NCBI GenBank assembly: GCA_963749655.1
Contig: CAVVOB010000030.1
Location: 1 to 64,000 of the forward strand
Length of the DNA: 64,000 bases
Direction of reading: 5' to 3'
Origin: Nitrospirota bacterium
GTDB taxonomy: Bacteria > Nitrospirota > UBA9217
The notes beneath the pieces are model-generated. The model worked only from the letters and a program-made list of their open reading frames with translations, had not been told where the DNA came from and did no database searches. The translations under genes were made by a program, and so were the position numbers. This document shows, one piece after another, positions 21,186 through 31,891 of the stretch. Position 1 is the stretch's first letter; each line of letters begins with the position of its first letter.

Positions 21186-21227
21186 CAGGTGCGGCGTCGC
21201 ACCTTATTCACGGGGGAGACGAAGGTC

Positions 21228-23336
21228 ATGCAAGTGCGAGAGATGATGAAGCGGAAGATCGGCGACCGGATCGATGCCAGCATGGGCATGAAATTTATGA
21301 TCGCCATGACCGGCGTCATCGCGGTCATTATGGTGCTCGGTACGGCTTTTGTCAGCCGGATGCTCCTGCAGTACCAGTACTCCATCATCGAGGCCCGGGG
21401 GCGCGAGACCGGGACGGTCCTCGGCAAGGCGATCGTCGACCGTCTCATCGCGAACGACCAGATCGGCCTGAACATGCTCGTCGCGGATGTGGTGAAGTCC
21501 CCGGAGATCCTGTCGGTCGTGATCATGAATACGGAGGGCCGCCCCATTACCTCGGCGCGGGCCAGCTTCAACCGGGGCAATGAAGTCGTCAACGGGATCC
21601 TGAGCGGGGAAAAAACAGAGAGTGTGGCCCAGCTCGCGGAGTCCCTCCGGAAGGCGGCTTCTCCCGTCGAAGTGTCGGTGGACATTTCGTTCGAGGGCAC
21701 GAAGCTCGGCGAAGTGCGGATGGCCTTTTCCCGCGCCCAGGTGCAGGCCAACGCGCGGCAGGTCGTCCTGACGCTGCTCGGGACGAGCGTCCTGATCATC
21801 GCGATTCTTGCGGCGATGATCTATTACATGGTGCGAAGGATGATCGTGCTGCCGACCAGGGCCGTGGAGGCCGTGGCCTCGAAGGTCGCCGGCGGAGATC
21901 TTTCGCAGAGCGTTCGCGTTCGGTCCATGGACGAGGTCGGCATGCTCGGAAGGGGCCTGAACCGCATGGCCATCGGGCTCAAGGGCATGATCGAGAGTGT
22001 CCGCGACGCCGCCGGCAAGACCGACGCAGTCTGGAAGGAAGTCAAGCGAATGTCGGCGGAAATATCGGACGGGAGCACCGTGCAGGCCGAATCCGTCGAG
22101 GAGGCCTCGTCGTCCGTCAACGAAATGCATTTTTCGCTCAAAGAAATCGCGGGAAACGTCGAGGACCTGTATAAGACGTCCGAACAGACCTCCTCGTCCG
22201 TCATCGAGATGTCCGCGTCGATCCACGAGGTGGCCCGGACGATGTCGGACCTTTCGATCTCCATCGAGGAGACGTCGACGTCCATCACCCAGATGTCCGC
22301 CGCGGTCCGGCAGATCGCCGAGAACGTCGAGGTACTGTCCTCGGCGGCTGAGGACACGGCCGCGTCGGCGACAGAGATCAGCGCTTCCGTGAAGGAAGTG
22401 GAAGTCAACGCAAAGGAATCGGCCTCGCTTGCCGAGGCCGTGGCGTCCGATGCCGAGCAGCTCGGCATGCGGTCCATCGAAAAAACCATCGACGGCATGA
22501 ACCGCATCCAGGAGACGTCTCACCGGACCGCCGGCGTGGTGAACCGGCTGGGAGAAAAGGCGGAGAATATCGGGGCCATCCTGACGGTCATCGAGGATAT
22601 AACGGACCAGACGTCGCTTCTGGCGTTGAACGCATCCATCCTTGCGGCGCAGGCGGGCGAGCACGGCAAGGGCTTCGCCGTCGTCGCCAGCGAGGTCCGG
22701 GAGCTGGCGAACCGCACCGCAAAGTCGACCAAGGAGATTGCAGAGCTGATCGGTTCGGTCCAGGAGGGATCGCGGGAGGCAGTCGGCGCCATGCAGGAAG
22801 GCGCGACGTTCGTGGAAGAAGGCGTGCGCCTCGCCCTGGACACGCGGGACGCGCTGCGGAAGATTCTGGAACGCGCCGATCTTTCACGCGACATGAGCAG
22901 GAGCATCAACAAGGCGGCCAGCGAGCAGGCTAAGGGGATCAGGCAGGTGAGCGACGCCGTGGCCAAGATCAACGAGATGTCCCACCAGATCTCGCGCGCT
23001 GCAGCCGAGCAGAAGGCCGGCAGCGAGCAGATCGCGAGGGCAACGGACCGGATGCGGGAGCTTACGCACTTCGTCAAGAACTCCACCGGCGAGCAGGCAA
23101 AGGGCAGCAAGGACATCACGGCGACCGTCGAAAACATGAGCTCCAAGATCGGTCTGGTCAACCGCGCAGCAGTGGAAGTCCAGGCAGGCAGCGATCTGAT
23201 CGTCAAGGCGATTGAGCGGATCAAGGAGATTGCCAAGGCGAATGCCGACCTCGCCGGCGGCCTGCATGTCGCCATGGACGTCATGGCCACCCAGTCGGAC
23301 ATGCTCAAAAAGGAAATCGAGAAATTCAGGACCTGA
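21228..23336 (+). CDS. Methyl-accepting chemotaxis protein
   Basis: 2 TM, HAMP (DEVGML), [27 protein letters not shown]. Confidence 0.95.
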   Translation: MQVREMMKRKIGDRIDASMGMKFMIAMTGVIAVIMVLGTAFVSRMLLQYQYSIIEARGRETGTVLGKAIVDRLIANDQIGLNMLVADVVKSPEILSVVIMNTEGRPITSARASFNRGNEVVNGILSGEKTESVAQLAESLRKAASPVEVSVDISFEGTKLGEVRMAFSRAQVQANARQVVLTLLGTSVLIIAILAAMIYYMVRRMIVLPTRAVEAVASKVAGGDLSQSVRVRSMDEVGMLGRGLNRMAIGLKGMIESVRDAAGKTDAVWKEVKRMSAEISDGSTVQAESVEEASSSVNEMHFSLKEIAGNVEDLYKTSEQTSSSVIEMSASIHEVARTMSDLSISIEETSTSITQMSAAVRQIAENVEVLSSAAEDTAASATEISASVKEVEVNAKESASLAEAVASDAEQLGMRSIEKTIDGMNRIQETSHRTAGVVNRLGEKAENIGAILTVIEDITDQTSLLALNASILAAQAGEHGKGFAVVASEVRELANRTAKSTKEIAELIGSVQEGSREAVGAMQEGATFVEEGVRLALDTRDALRKILERADLSRDMSRSINKAASEQAKGIRQVSDAVAKINEMSHQISRAAAEQKAGSEQIARATDRMRELTHFVKNSTGEQAKGSKDITATVENMSSKIGLVNRAAVEVQAGSDLIVKAIERIKEIAKANADLAGGLHVAMDVMATQSDMLKKEIEKFRT

Positions 23337-23504
23337 CGGGCGGCGAATAAAGGTCATGAGTCACGCAGCAAGGAAGACAGAAGCGACCTCCTTGCCCCGG
23401 CTACTTGACCCTTGCCCCTGTCCGGCAAATTCCTGCAGAACGGAAGGGGTGGACGCGGTCCCCGGGCTATCCGGAATCTGCATCTGATATTCGCAAGGAG
23501 CGGC

Positions 23505-24023
23505 ATGAAGGCGTCGAAGGACAAGAAAGCGGTTGTCGTTGAGGACACGGTGCAGCTGGTGACGTTCCATGTCGGCGCGGAGGAATACGGGCTGGACATC
23601 GGCTGCATCACCGAGGCCATCCGTCCGCTCAGAGTCACACCGCTTCCGCATATGCCCGAGTTCATCGAGGGCGTGATCAATCTTCGGGGCGCCATCATCC
23701 CCGTCGTCGACCTCCGGAAGCGGTTTGTGCTTGCACAGGTCCGGAACGACCCCCGGAAGCTGCGCATGTTGATCACGCGGGGCGCGGTCGCGACGCCGCA
23801 GCGGGGCAGGGACCTCCTCGGACTTGTCGTCGACAGCGTGCAGGAGGTCCTGCACGTGCCGAAAAAGGACATCGACCCGGCGCCGCAGGCTGCAACCGGC
23901 GAGGCGGCGGGATTCATCGCCGGCATGGGCAAGGTGGGCGACCGGCTCATCATCCTTCTGGACATCACCAAAATCCTGAGCCAGCAGGAACGATCGGCGC
24001 TGGCGGAGGCGGGAAATGTCTGA
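23505..24023 (+). CDS. cheW: CheW
   Basis: QLVTFHVGAEEYG, PEFIEGVINLRGAIIPVVDL; AAGGAG RBS. Confidence 0.92.
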   Translation: MKASKDKKAVVVEDTVQLVTFHVGAEEYGLDIGCITEAIRPLRVTPLPHMPEFIEGVINLRGAIIPVVDLRKRFVLAQVRNDPRKLRMLITRGAVATPQRGRDLLGLVVDSVQEVLHVPKKDIDPAPQAATGEAAGFIAGMGKVGDRLIILLDITKILSQQERSALAEAGNV

Positions 24024-26007
24024 CCTGGAATCGTTGGAGAAGAGGCTCGGGAGCGCCGATGCCGAAGACCGGCGCGAGGCTGTCGTGGACCTGGGCCGCC
24101 GCGGCGGTGAAGCCGTGCCGCTGCTGCTTCGCGCCCTGGGCGATCTCGACTGGCGCGTGCGAAAGACCGCAGTGGAGGCGCTGGTCTCGATCAGCGGGAC
24201 CGTGGTCATCGAAGGGCTGATCCAGGCGCTCAATGCCGGTGACAACGCCGGCGCCCGGAATTCAGCCATTGAGGCGCTTGTTCAGATCGGCGAGCCGTCG
24301 GCAGACGCCCTGCTCGGCATCATTGAAACGCCCGATCCGGATGTCCGGAAGTCCGTAGTCGACATTTTCGGCGACATGAGGGACCGGTACGCCGTGCCCG
24401 CCCTGATCGCACGCCTCGGAGATGAAGACGAAAATGTCCGCGTCGCGGCAGCAGAAGCCCTCGGCAAGATACGCGATCCCCGGGCCGTCGACGCCCTGCT
24501 GTCGTGCCTCTCGCGCTACGATCAGGGATGGCTGGACTACGCCGCCGCGGAGGCGCTGGGAGAAATCGGCGACGAACGGGCGCTCGTCCCGCTCCTGTCC
24601 GCGCTCGGCAGAAGCAGCCTGCGGGAGCCGGTCCTGGAGTCCCTCGGCAAGATCGGCAATGCTTCGGCCCTCGCGCCTCTGATTGCCAGCCTTTCGGACC
24701 CTCTCCGGATCGTCCGCGAAGTGTCGGTTGTTGCGATCGCGGCGATCTACCGCAAAAGCGCGGCGCTGGCCAGACAGAAGATCATCGCCACGGTTCGCAT
24801 GGGGATGACCGATCGCGCTGTTGCTTTTCTCGAAGAGATCCTCGTCACCAGCTCCGGCGAGTTGCAGAAGGCGGCGATCACGCTTCTCGGATGGAGCGGC
24901 AAGGAAGGTTCGATCAGGAAACTGCTCGCGTTCATCCGGGAGGAAGACCTCGCGGAAGCGGTCGCCCAGTCACTGACGTTCCTCAACCGGTCCACTGCCG
25001 GATTCCTGCTGGAGTACCTCTCGAACGATAATGCCCTCGTCCGCAGGGCGGTTGCTCTGGTTCTGGGCGAACTGGGCCTGCCGGAGTCGGAGGATTCCCT
25101 GATCATGCTGCTGAAGGATGAGAACGGCCATGTGCGGAGCAGCGCAGCCGATGCCCTCGGCCGCATGCGGAGCAGGAGGGCCGCTGCGCCGCTGACTGCG
25201 CTGCTGACCGATGAGTACCAGAGCGTCCAGGAATCCGCCATTCATGCCCTGGCGGAGATCGGCGACGAGTCCGTCATCGAGGGGCTGGTGCAGGAATTTT
25301 CCTCCCACCAGGCCTTCCTTCGCCGCAACATCGCCCTGCTCCTGGGAAAGTTTAAGAGTGAACGGTCCGCCGAGGCGCTCTCCTTTGCGCTCAAGGACGA
25401 GGAGCCCGACGTGAGGAAGGCGGTTGTTGCGGCGCTCGGCAACACGCCCGGCGACAAAGCGCTGCGGCCGCTTCTGCTCGCTGCCGCCGACGACGATCCC
25501 GAGGTCAGGATGCTCGCTGCGGAGGCGATCGGCAAGATCGAGACTCCTGAGGCGCGCGAGGCCCTGATCCTGCTGCTCGAGGACGCGGACCTCTGGGTCA
25601 GGGCCGCCGCCGCCCGCGGCCTGGGGCGGTTCGGCGGCGAGGCCCTTGCCGGGATACTCATCGCCCATATCAGAAACGCCACCGACATCTTTCTTCTTGC
25701 GATCGTCGAGGTGCTTGGCAGGATGAAGCACCCGAACGCGGCCGCGACGCTCGTTGCGCTCGCCGGACACGACGATCCCGAAGTGCGCAAGACCGTGCTC
25801 ACTGCCCTGGCCGGCTATGAAGAGCCGTTCGTGGAGCAGACCGTCATCGCCCGTCTTGCCGATCCTCACTGGAGCGTTCGGAAAGCGGCGGTCGAAGTCC
25901 TGAGCCGGAAGCGCACATCCGACGGAGAAGCTTTCCTGGCGAACATGGTCGAGGGAGATCCCGATCCAGCGGTGCGCCAGGCGGCCAGAGAGGCGCTGAA
26001 AAAATAA
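24016..26007 (+). CDS. HEAT-repeat (PBS lyase-like) protein
   Basis: Many D.D..VR..AA.ALG repeats. Confidence 0.9.
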   Translation: MSDLESLEKRLGSADAEDRREAVVDLGRRGGEAVPLLLRALGDLDWRVRKTAVEALVSISGTVVIEGLIQALNAGDNAGARNSAIEALVQIGEPSADALLGIIETPDPDVRKSVVDIFGDMRDRYAVPALIARLGDEDENVRVAAAEALGKIRDPRAVDALLSCLSRYDQGWLDYAAAEALGEIGDERALVPLLSALGRSSLREPVLESLGKIGNASALAPLIASLSDPLRIVREVSVVAIAAIYRKSAALARQKIIATVRMGMTDRAVAFLEEILVTSSGELQKAAITLLGWSGKEGSIRKLLAFIREEDLAEAVAQSLTFLNRSTAGFLLEYLSNDNALVRRAVALVLGELGLPESEDSLIMLLKDENGHVRSSAADALGRMRSRRAAAPLTALLTDEYQSVQESAIHALAEIGDESVIEGLVQEFSSHQAFLRRNIALLLGKFKSERSAEALSFALKDEEPDVRKAVVAALGNTPGDKALRPLLLAAADDDPEVRMLAAEAIGKIETPEAREALILLLEDADLWVRAAAARGLGRFGGEALAGILIAHIRNATDIFLLAIVEVLGRMKHPNAAATLVALAGHDDPEVRKTVLTALAGYEEPFVEQTVIARLADPHWSVRKAAVEVLSRKRTSDGEAFLANMVEGDPDPAVRQAAREALKK

Positions 26008-26885
26008 TGTTCGAAGAGCAGATCATTCCGCTGCCCGATGACGTTTTCCGGCTGCTCAGGGACTTCATCCACGGCTACTGCGGAATCTATTTTGACAACG
26101 GGTCGCAGTTCCTGCTCCAGCGCCGCCTGTCCCGCCGGCTCGAGCAGCACCGCCTCAAGAGCTTCGAAGAGTACTATCACTTCCTCCGGTACGACCGCAA
26201 GCGGGAGGAAGAGCTCGTCATTCTCATCGACAACCTGACCACCAATGAAACGTATTTTTTCAGGGAGAGCCCGCAGCTCAAGGCTTTTTCCGACGAGATC
26301 CTGCCCGAGCTGCGCAGCCGGCTGGCGGACCGGAAGGTGCTGAGGATCTGGAGCGCGGGCTGCTCCACCGGCGAGGAGCCCTATACCATCGCCATCCTGC
26401 TGCTCGAGTCCGGGGACTGGTGGCGCGACTGGCAGATAGAGATCCACGGAAGCGATATCAACCAGCGCGTGCTCCACACCGCACGCAAAGGCGTGTACAA
26501 GAAAAGCGCTCACCGGGCAACAAGCCCTGAAATGCTGACCAAGTATTTCGTCGCCGACGAAAAGGGCGACTACCGGATCATCGACCGGGTCAAGGAGCTG
26601 GTTTCGTTCAGCTCCGTGAACCTTCTCGACCCCTTCAAAACCAGCCTCATTACCAACATGGATGTCATCTTCTGCCGTAACGTAATCATCTACTTCGACC
26701 GGGAAGCAAAGAAGAAGGTCATCGAGAGTTTTCACAACAAGCTCCGCGACGGGGGGTATCTTCTTCTGGGCCATTCCGAGTCCCTGATCAACATATCGAA
26801 CGCCTTCATGCTTCGTACGCTCAAGAACGACATGGTCTACCAGAAGCCGCTAAGGGGAAAAGTTGAAATTGCCGAGTACAAATAA
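26007..26885 (+). CDS. cheR: Chemotaxis methyltransferase CheR
   Basis: TTNETYFFRE, IWSAGCSTGEEPYT, IFCRNVIIYFD, LGHSES. Confidence 0.97.
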   Translation: MFEEQIIPLPDDVFRLLRDFIHGYCGIYFDNGSQFLLQRRLSRRLEQHRLKSFEEYYHFLRYDRKREEELVILIDNLTTNETYFFRESPQLKAFSDEILPELRSRLADRKVLRIWSAGCSTGEEPYTIAILLLESGDWWRDWQIEIHGSDINQRVLHTARKGVYKKSAHRATSPEMLTKYFVADEKGDYRIIDRVKELVSFSSVNLLDPFKTSLITNMDVIFCRNVIIYFDREAKKKVIESFHNKLRDGGYLLLGHSESLINISNAFMLRTLKNDMVYQKPLRGKVEIAEYK

Positions 26886-26960
26886 CCGGTCCCGGCGTCA
26901 CGGCAGGGGGCACGGAGGCACGGCGCCGGGAGACCGGGATTCTGGCCGGGAGCGCAGCCG

Positions 26961-28034
26961 ATGAAAAAGGTCAAGGCTCTGGTCGTCGACGACTCAGCTT
27001 ACAATCGCACGACGATCGCCGACATGCTCTCGACTGCGGGGATCGGCGTGGTCGGGAGCGCGACTGACGGCGTCGATGCCATAGCGAAGACGCTCCGCCT
27101 TCAGCCGGACGTGATCACGCTGGATCTCGAGATGCCGAACATGGACGGCTTTACCTTCCTTCGGTGGCTCATGAAGGAGCGGCCCACGCCGGTCATCGTG
27201 CTTTCCTCACGTTCCGACAGCCGCAGCGTTTTCCGGGCACTCGAGCTCGGCGCCGTGGAATTCGTTGCAAAACCGGAGTCCCGTATTTCGCGCAGCCTCG
27301 AGACGATACGGGAAGAACTGATACGGAAAGTGGCAGCCGTGCTTGACCTTGAAATGGAAAAGGTCAAGTCGACGATCGACCTCCTGAACCGCGAACAAGC
27401 CCCTCCTGTGGCACGGAAGGAGGATGAGGCGCAGCGGGAACCGGGTCCCATCGAGGTCGTTGCCATCGCCTCGTCCACCGGCGGCCCTCCCGCGCTGCAG
27501 GCGATTCTGATGAATCTTCCCGCGGATCTCGGCGCAGCCATCGTGATAGCACAGCACATGCCCGCAGGGTTTACCCGGAGCTTTGCCGAGCGGTTGAACA
27601 AGCTTTCAGCGCTCGTCATCCGGGAGGCTGCAGCGGGCGATCGCGTGGAACGCGGGACGGTGCTGATCGCGCCTGGAGGATATCATCTCCTCGTCAGGCG
27701 AAACCGCTCCACCCTTGCGGCAGAGGTGGTCCGGCACAGCCCTTCGGACATGTATGTACCCTCTGCGGACCGCATGATGGCGTCTGTTGCCGAGGCATGC
27801 GGGCCCGCCACGCTTGGGATCGTCCTGACCGGCATGGGCAACGACGGCTCACGGGGCGTAGTCGAAATCAAGCAACGCCATGGGCGGTGTCTCGCCGAAA
27901 GCCGGGAAAGTGCAGTCGTATTCGGCATGCCGCAGGAGGCCATCCGGACCGGCGCTGTCGAAATGGCGCTTCCGCTCGGGAAAATGGCCGAAGAGATCGC
28001 CAAACGGTGCGCTCCGCACGCAGCCGGCAGGTGA
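26961..28034 (+). CDS. cheB: Chemotaxis methylesterase CheB (REC + CheB)
   Basis: TLDLEMP, ASSTGGP, QHMP, LTGMGNDG, VFGMP. Confidence 0.97.
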   Translation: MKKVKALVVDDSAYNRTTIADMLSTAGIGVVGSATDGVDAIAKTLRLQPDVITLDLEMPNMDGFTFLRWLMKERPTPVIVLSSRSDSRSVFRALELGAVEFVAKPESRISRSLETIREELIRKVAAVLDLEMEKVKSTIDLLNREQAPPVARKEDEAQREPGPIEVVAIASSTGGPPALQAILMNLPADLGAAIVIAQHMPAGFTRSFAERLNKLSALVIREAAAGDRVERGTVLIAPGGYHLLVRRNRSTLAAEVVRHSPSDMYVPSADRMMASVAEACGPATLGIVLTGMGNDGSRGVVEIKQRHGRCLAESRESAVVFGMPQEAIRTGAVEMALPLGKMAEEIAKRCAPHAAGR

Positions 28035-28061
28035 AAAGGCGCGCCGGGGCCCAAATCGCGC

Positions 28062-28090
28062 TTGATAATTTATCGTGACTCGACTATAAT
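28062..28090 (+). promoter_or_regulatory. Internal sigma70-like promoter
   Basis: TTGATA-17 nt-TATAAT upstream of the GAF gene. Confidence 0.55.
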
Positions 28091-28218
28091 TGTTGCTATT
28101 GCACTGTTCGCAGGGTCGAGAGTGCCGTAGTGCGGGCAGCAGGGACCATTGTCGTCCCGGACCATGGTCCGGACGGCGGAGCGAAGGCATCCTGATCGGC
28201 TGCAACGGGAGGGCATCA

Positions 28219-29043
28219 ATGGAAAAAGAACCCGCATCGATTTCGAAAAAGGTGGAGGAATTTCTCCAGGTCTTCAAGAAAGGCGAGGAATTCACGCAGG
28301 AGCTGCTGAAGGAAAACGAAAAGCTCCGTTACCGGCTCGCCCAGCTCGAGGAAGTAACCAAATTTTCCGACCGGGAAGGAACGTTCAAGGTCCATTCCCT
28401 TGAGGAGCGCATCAAGTTTCTGGAGGATGAAAACAAAAGCCTCATCGAACGCTATCGCGTCGTCGAGGAGGAGAACAAGGACTTCGCCAACCGCTATATC
28501 GAGGTCGAGGCGGAAAACAACAACCTGGCCAACCTCTACGTGGCAAGCTACCAGCTGCACTCCACCCTCGATTTCAGCGAGAGCCTCAAGATCATTCTCG
28601 AAATCGTCATGAACCTCATCGGCGCAGAGGAATTTTCGATCATGATGCTCGATGAAAAGACCAACGAACTGACCATTGTGGCCCAGGAGGGCATGGGGCC
28701 CGAGGCCCGCGCCAGCGTCAAACTGGGAGAGGGAATCATCGGCGGGTCAGCCAAGTCGGGCGAGGCGTTCTATCGTGAGGGCGATCCGAAGAACCTGCAG
28801 GGAGTGGATTACCTCCACCCGCTCGTCGTCATTCCGCTCAAGATCAAGGAGCATGTGATCGGCGTCATCGTGATCTACAAGCTTCTGGTGCAGAAGGAGC
28901 AGTTCACCAACGTGGATTACGAACTCTTCACCATGCTTGCCGGCCATGCGGCCACAGCGCTCTTTTCCTCAAAGCTCTACTCGCAGTCGGAGCGGAAGCT
29001 CACCACGATCCAGAGCTTTCTTGATCTGCTGAAGGAAAAATAA
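28219..29043 (+). CDS. Coiled-coil + GAF domain protein
   Basis: N-terminal coiled coil; LANLYVASYQLHSTLDF; PLKIKEHVIGVI; LAGHAATAL; GGAGG RBS. Confidence 0.85.
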   Translation: MEKEPASISKKVEEFLQVFKKGEEFTQELLKENEKLRYRLAQLEEVTKFSDREGTFKVHSLEERIKFLEDENKSLIERYRVVEEENKDFANRYIEVEAENNNLANLYVASYQLHSTLDFSESLKIILEIVMNLIGAEEFSIMMLDEKTNELTIVAQEGMGPEARASVKLGEGIIGGSAKSGEAFYREGDPKNLQGVDYLHPLVVIPLKIKEHVIGVIVIYKLLVQKEQFTNVDYELFTMLAGHAATALFSSKLYSQSERKLTTIQSFLDLLKEK

Positions 29044-29057
29044 CCGGAGGTTAGCAC

Positions 29058-29435
29058 ATGCCCGAGTACAATTTTCTGGTGGTTGAAGACTCCCCGACGA
29101 TGCGTCAATTGATCTCTTTTGCCCTGAAGCGCATCCCCGGAAGCAGGATCGTCGAGGCGAACGACGGCATCGACGCCCTCAAGAAGCTTTCAACCCAGAA
29201 GTTCGACATCATCCTAACCGACATCAACATGCCCATCATGGACGGCCTGAAGCTGGTTTCCATGGTGCGGAACGACCCGGCGCACAAAACCATCCCGATC
29301 GTCATCATCACCACGGAAGGCGCCGAGGAGGACCGCAAGCGCGGGCTTGCACTCGGCGCCAACGCATACATCCCGAAGCCGATCCAGACAGCGGACCTTT
29401 TGAATGTGGTGAACGGGATACTGGGGAACAAGTGA
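29058..29435 (+). CDS. cheY: CheY-like response regulator
   Basis: VVEDS, LTDINMP, TTE, KPI. Confidence 0.88.
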   Translation: MPEYNFLVVEDSPTMRQLISFALKRIPGSRIVEANDGIDALKKLSTQKFDIILTDINMPIMDGLKLVSMVRNDPAHKTIPIVIITTEGAEEDRKRGLALGANAYIPKPIQTADLLNVVNGILGNK

Positions 29436-29627
29436 CCACAGCAGGATAAACAACGAATACGCGAAGGACGGGGAGATGGTCTGGTTTCCCGTCCTTTTTT
29501 ACCGCTGGTCGTCTGTCCTGCCTTTGCCGTAGTCGCTACAGAAGACTTCCTGAAAAGATCGTAAGAGGGAATCATTGCTGCGCTTGAGAGATCCCGGAAG
29601 ATGACCTCTCATCCGATTGTAGTGCTC

Positions 29628-31808
29628 TTACTCGCGTTTCATTTCCTTATTCATCTTGGCTTCCAGTAATTCGTACAACTTCGTTTCAAGAGCATCCAAA
29701 ACCACTCGATAATCGACGCTTTCTGTCTCCGATACTACACTGCCTTTTAAGAGCGACTTCCACAGTATTTTGCCAGTGCTCACCGAGACGGCCTTTATAT
29801 CGATATCCTCATAACATGTTCTTAACGGGTGATGCACCCCCATTGCTGGGATCTCAGCTATAACCACCGCGTCGGCGCTTACCAACTTTCCGACATACTG
29901 AGCTCTCTCCTTGGTCAAGCCGGTTAGCGATAACTTTTGCTCATTCAGTATCGCATCAAGTTTCGCCCTCTCGATGCAATCATATCCCAGTCGCAGCAAC
30001 ATAAGCTCAAGCTTGTCGCTATTCCTTTTCGCAACACCCTGCCCCTCGTGCGACCGCTCGTTCAGCCACTGGATGTGATGTTCAACAGGCAGCACGACAT
30101 ATGCCTGGACCCGATCCTTGCTCATTTGCGGGTCCATATACGTGCTCTCTTTCAAATCGTAATTGAAGCTGGAAATGTCCGGTCGTGCAAAACGTCCAAC
30201 GAGCGACTTGTCATTGGGATTGTAATAGCGGATCCTTTCATAGTCTGCAAGCGCCTTGTCCTTCTGGCCGGTTTTTTCATAACAACCGGCCCGTTGCTTC
30301 AACCATTCGATACGATCGCCGAACTTTAATGCCGCTGAATACGATGCAATCGCTGCCGAATACTCGCCACCACGAAAATGGTCCTCAGCCCGGAAAGCAT
30401 CAGCCTCTCCCTGCAAGGTCCACAATAGCGGGTTAACGCTAGCATAGGTCATTTCTTGTCTTGCGAACCCCGACATGGCTTCATAAGAACCTCCCCATTT
30501 AGGCTGCAAGGAGGCAATATATTCGTGCCTTACCTGGAGTGTCCGTTTATCGTTCTCCACCGCCTTTTGAAGCATCTGTTTTGCCGTAAAAGGCATCTTC
30601 GACGCTGCGGCAATCCTCACCAGCCAAGCATAGGCAGGTGTGAGCGACGGATTTTTGCTGATTGCGGTTTCAAGGTCCTTGGCAGCGTCATTGTAGCGCT
30701 GCTGCTGGGCGACAAGCTTTTCCGCAGGGACCCCGCTTACATATGTGCCGTCGCGCGCTATGTATCCATCGGGTATTTTGAAAATTCCTCTCGCAGCATA
30801 GGCGATATATGAACCTGTCTTCTCTACCCATAAATCCATGTCTGACGGTAAAAAGAATTTTTTGTCCGCAAAGTTGTCAAATCCTTGCTGCAGAACGGAC
30901 TCATACTGTGCATCCTTCTTATATAGATCCAGCGCATTTTCAAACCATTTTTCAAGTGCTGTATAATCATGAGTTGAAACTTGCTGTACGATATTGTATC
31001 CGGGAGCGCCCTTAAATTCTGACATGTGCTTCAGGGCCATATTATTCATTTCGACCTGCTGCCATCCGGTCTTACCCTGCGAACCGCTGCTCTGGTCAAG
31101 GGCATTGGCAATTGCACTATGGACACCCCAGGCAAGAAGACTGCCGTTTACGTCGGGCGAACCAAAAGTGCCAGCCACTGCAAATGCCTTCATATTGATC
31201 GCATCGATCTGAAAAAAGGGCAGGTAATCTTGGGCTTTCTTGAAACGAAAATGAAAGTTTCCAATTCCGACGCGCTTTATTTCCCAGTCGGTGTGCGATA
31301 TAACTTCATCGCCATCGACGACGATAGTGCATGTATTTCCGTCTTGTTCATATTTCAGGAGTGCTTTTTTGAGCTCCAGGCGGATCCAAGGCGGCGCCGA
31401 AGAAGGTTGAGATGGATTATAATCAGGCGTAAAATGAGTGACGGTAACCTGACCGATCGGTATTTTAGTCCGGCTTCGGTCCCCAAAGGATCCTCTCCGC
31501 ACACAAAAAGCTGTTTTCTCATTTGCATCAATTTCCCAGAAGATATTATTCCAGGCCTTATTCCGGACGTGGTAGATATCGCGACCGACTTGTTTCACCT
31601 CGAAGCTCGTGAGAGGCGTATAAGGTCCCGGCTGACCTTTGCCGAACGACAAGGCGAAAACAACTTGCTCTTGATCGGGAGAAATGACTATTACAGCGCT
31701 GTTAATATCAACTGTTATTCGTCCGTAAACCGCCTCTCCCGAAGCTATTTGAGTCAGGAACGTCAATACTAACACCACTACCAGATTGCATAATTGTATC
31801 CGGAGCAT
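29628..31808 (-). CDS. Secreted DUF4034 + TPR protein with C-terminal CsgG/FlgO-like domain
   Basis: SLQPKWGGSYEAM motif, TPR helices, IERAKLDAILNEQKLSLTGL...GKLVSADAV; GGAGG RBS. Confidence 0.7.
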   Translation of the reverse strand: MLRIQLCNLVVVLVLTFLTQIASGEAVYGRITVDINSAVIVISPDQEQVVFALSFGKGQPGPYTPLTSFEVKQVGRDIYHVRNKAWNNIFWEIDANEKTAFCVRRGSFGDRSRTKIPIGQVTVTHFTPDYNPSQPSSAPPWIRLELKKALLKYEQDGNTCTIVVDGDEVISHTDWEIKRVGIGNFHFRFKKAQDYLPFFQIDAINMKAFAVAGTFGSPDVNGSLLAWGVHSAIANALDQSSGSQGKTGWQQVEMNNMALKHMSEFKGAPGYNIVQQVSTHDYTALEKWFENALDLYKKDAQYESVLQQGFDNFADKKFFLPSDMDLWVEKTGSYIAYAARGIFKIPDGYIARDGTYVSGVPAEKLVAQQQRYNDAAKDLETAISKNPSLTPAYAWLVRIAAASKMPFTAKQMLQKAVENDKRTLQVRHEYIASLQPKWGGSYEAMSGFARQEMTYASVNPLLWTLQGEADAFRAEDHFRGGEYSAAIASYSAALKFGDRIEWLKQRAGCYEKTGQKDKALADYERIRYYNPNDKSLVGRFARPDISSFNYDLKESTYMDPQMSKDRVQAYVVLPVEHHIQWLNERSHEGQGVAKRNSDKLELMLLRLGYDCIERAKLDAILNEQKLSLTGLTKERAQYVGKLVSADAVVIAEIPAMGVHHPLRTCYEDIDIKAVSVSTGKILWKSLLKGSVVSETESVDYRVVLDALETKLYELLEAKMNKEMKRE

Positions 31809-31891
31809 CACAATGTCCTCCCCCCAACCGGCAAGTTTGCTTTCGTTGATAGCATGCCTTATGGTGCCTGGCATCGCAGTGCCTTGATTCG

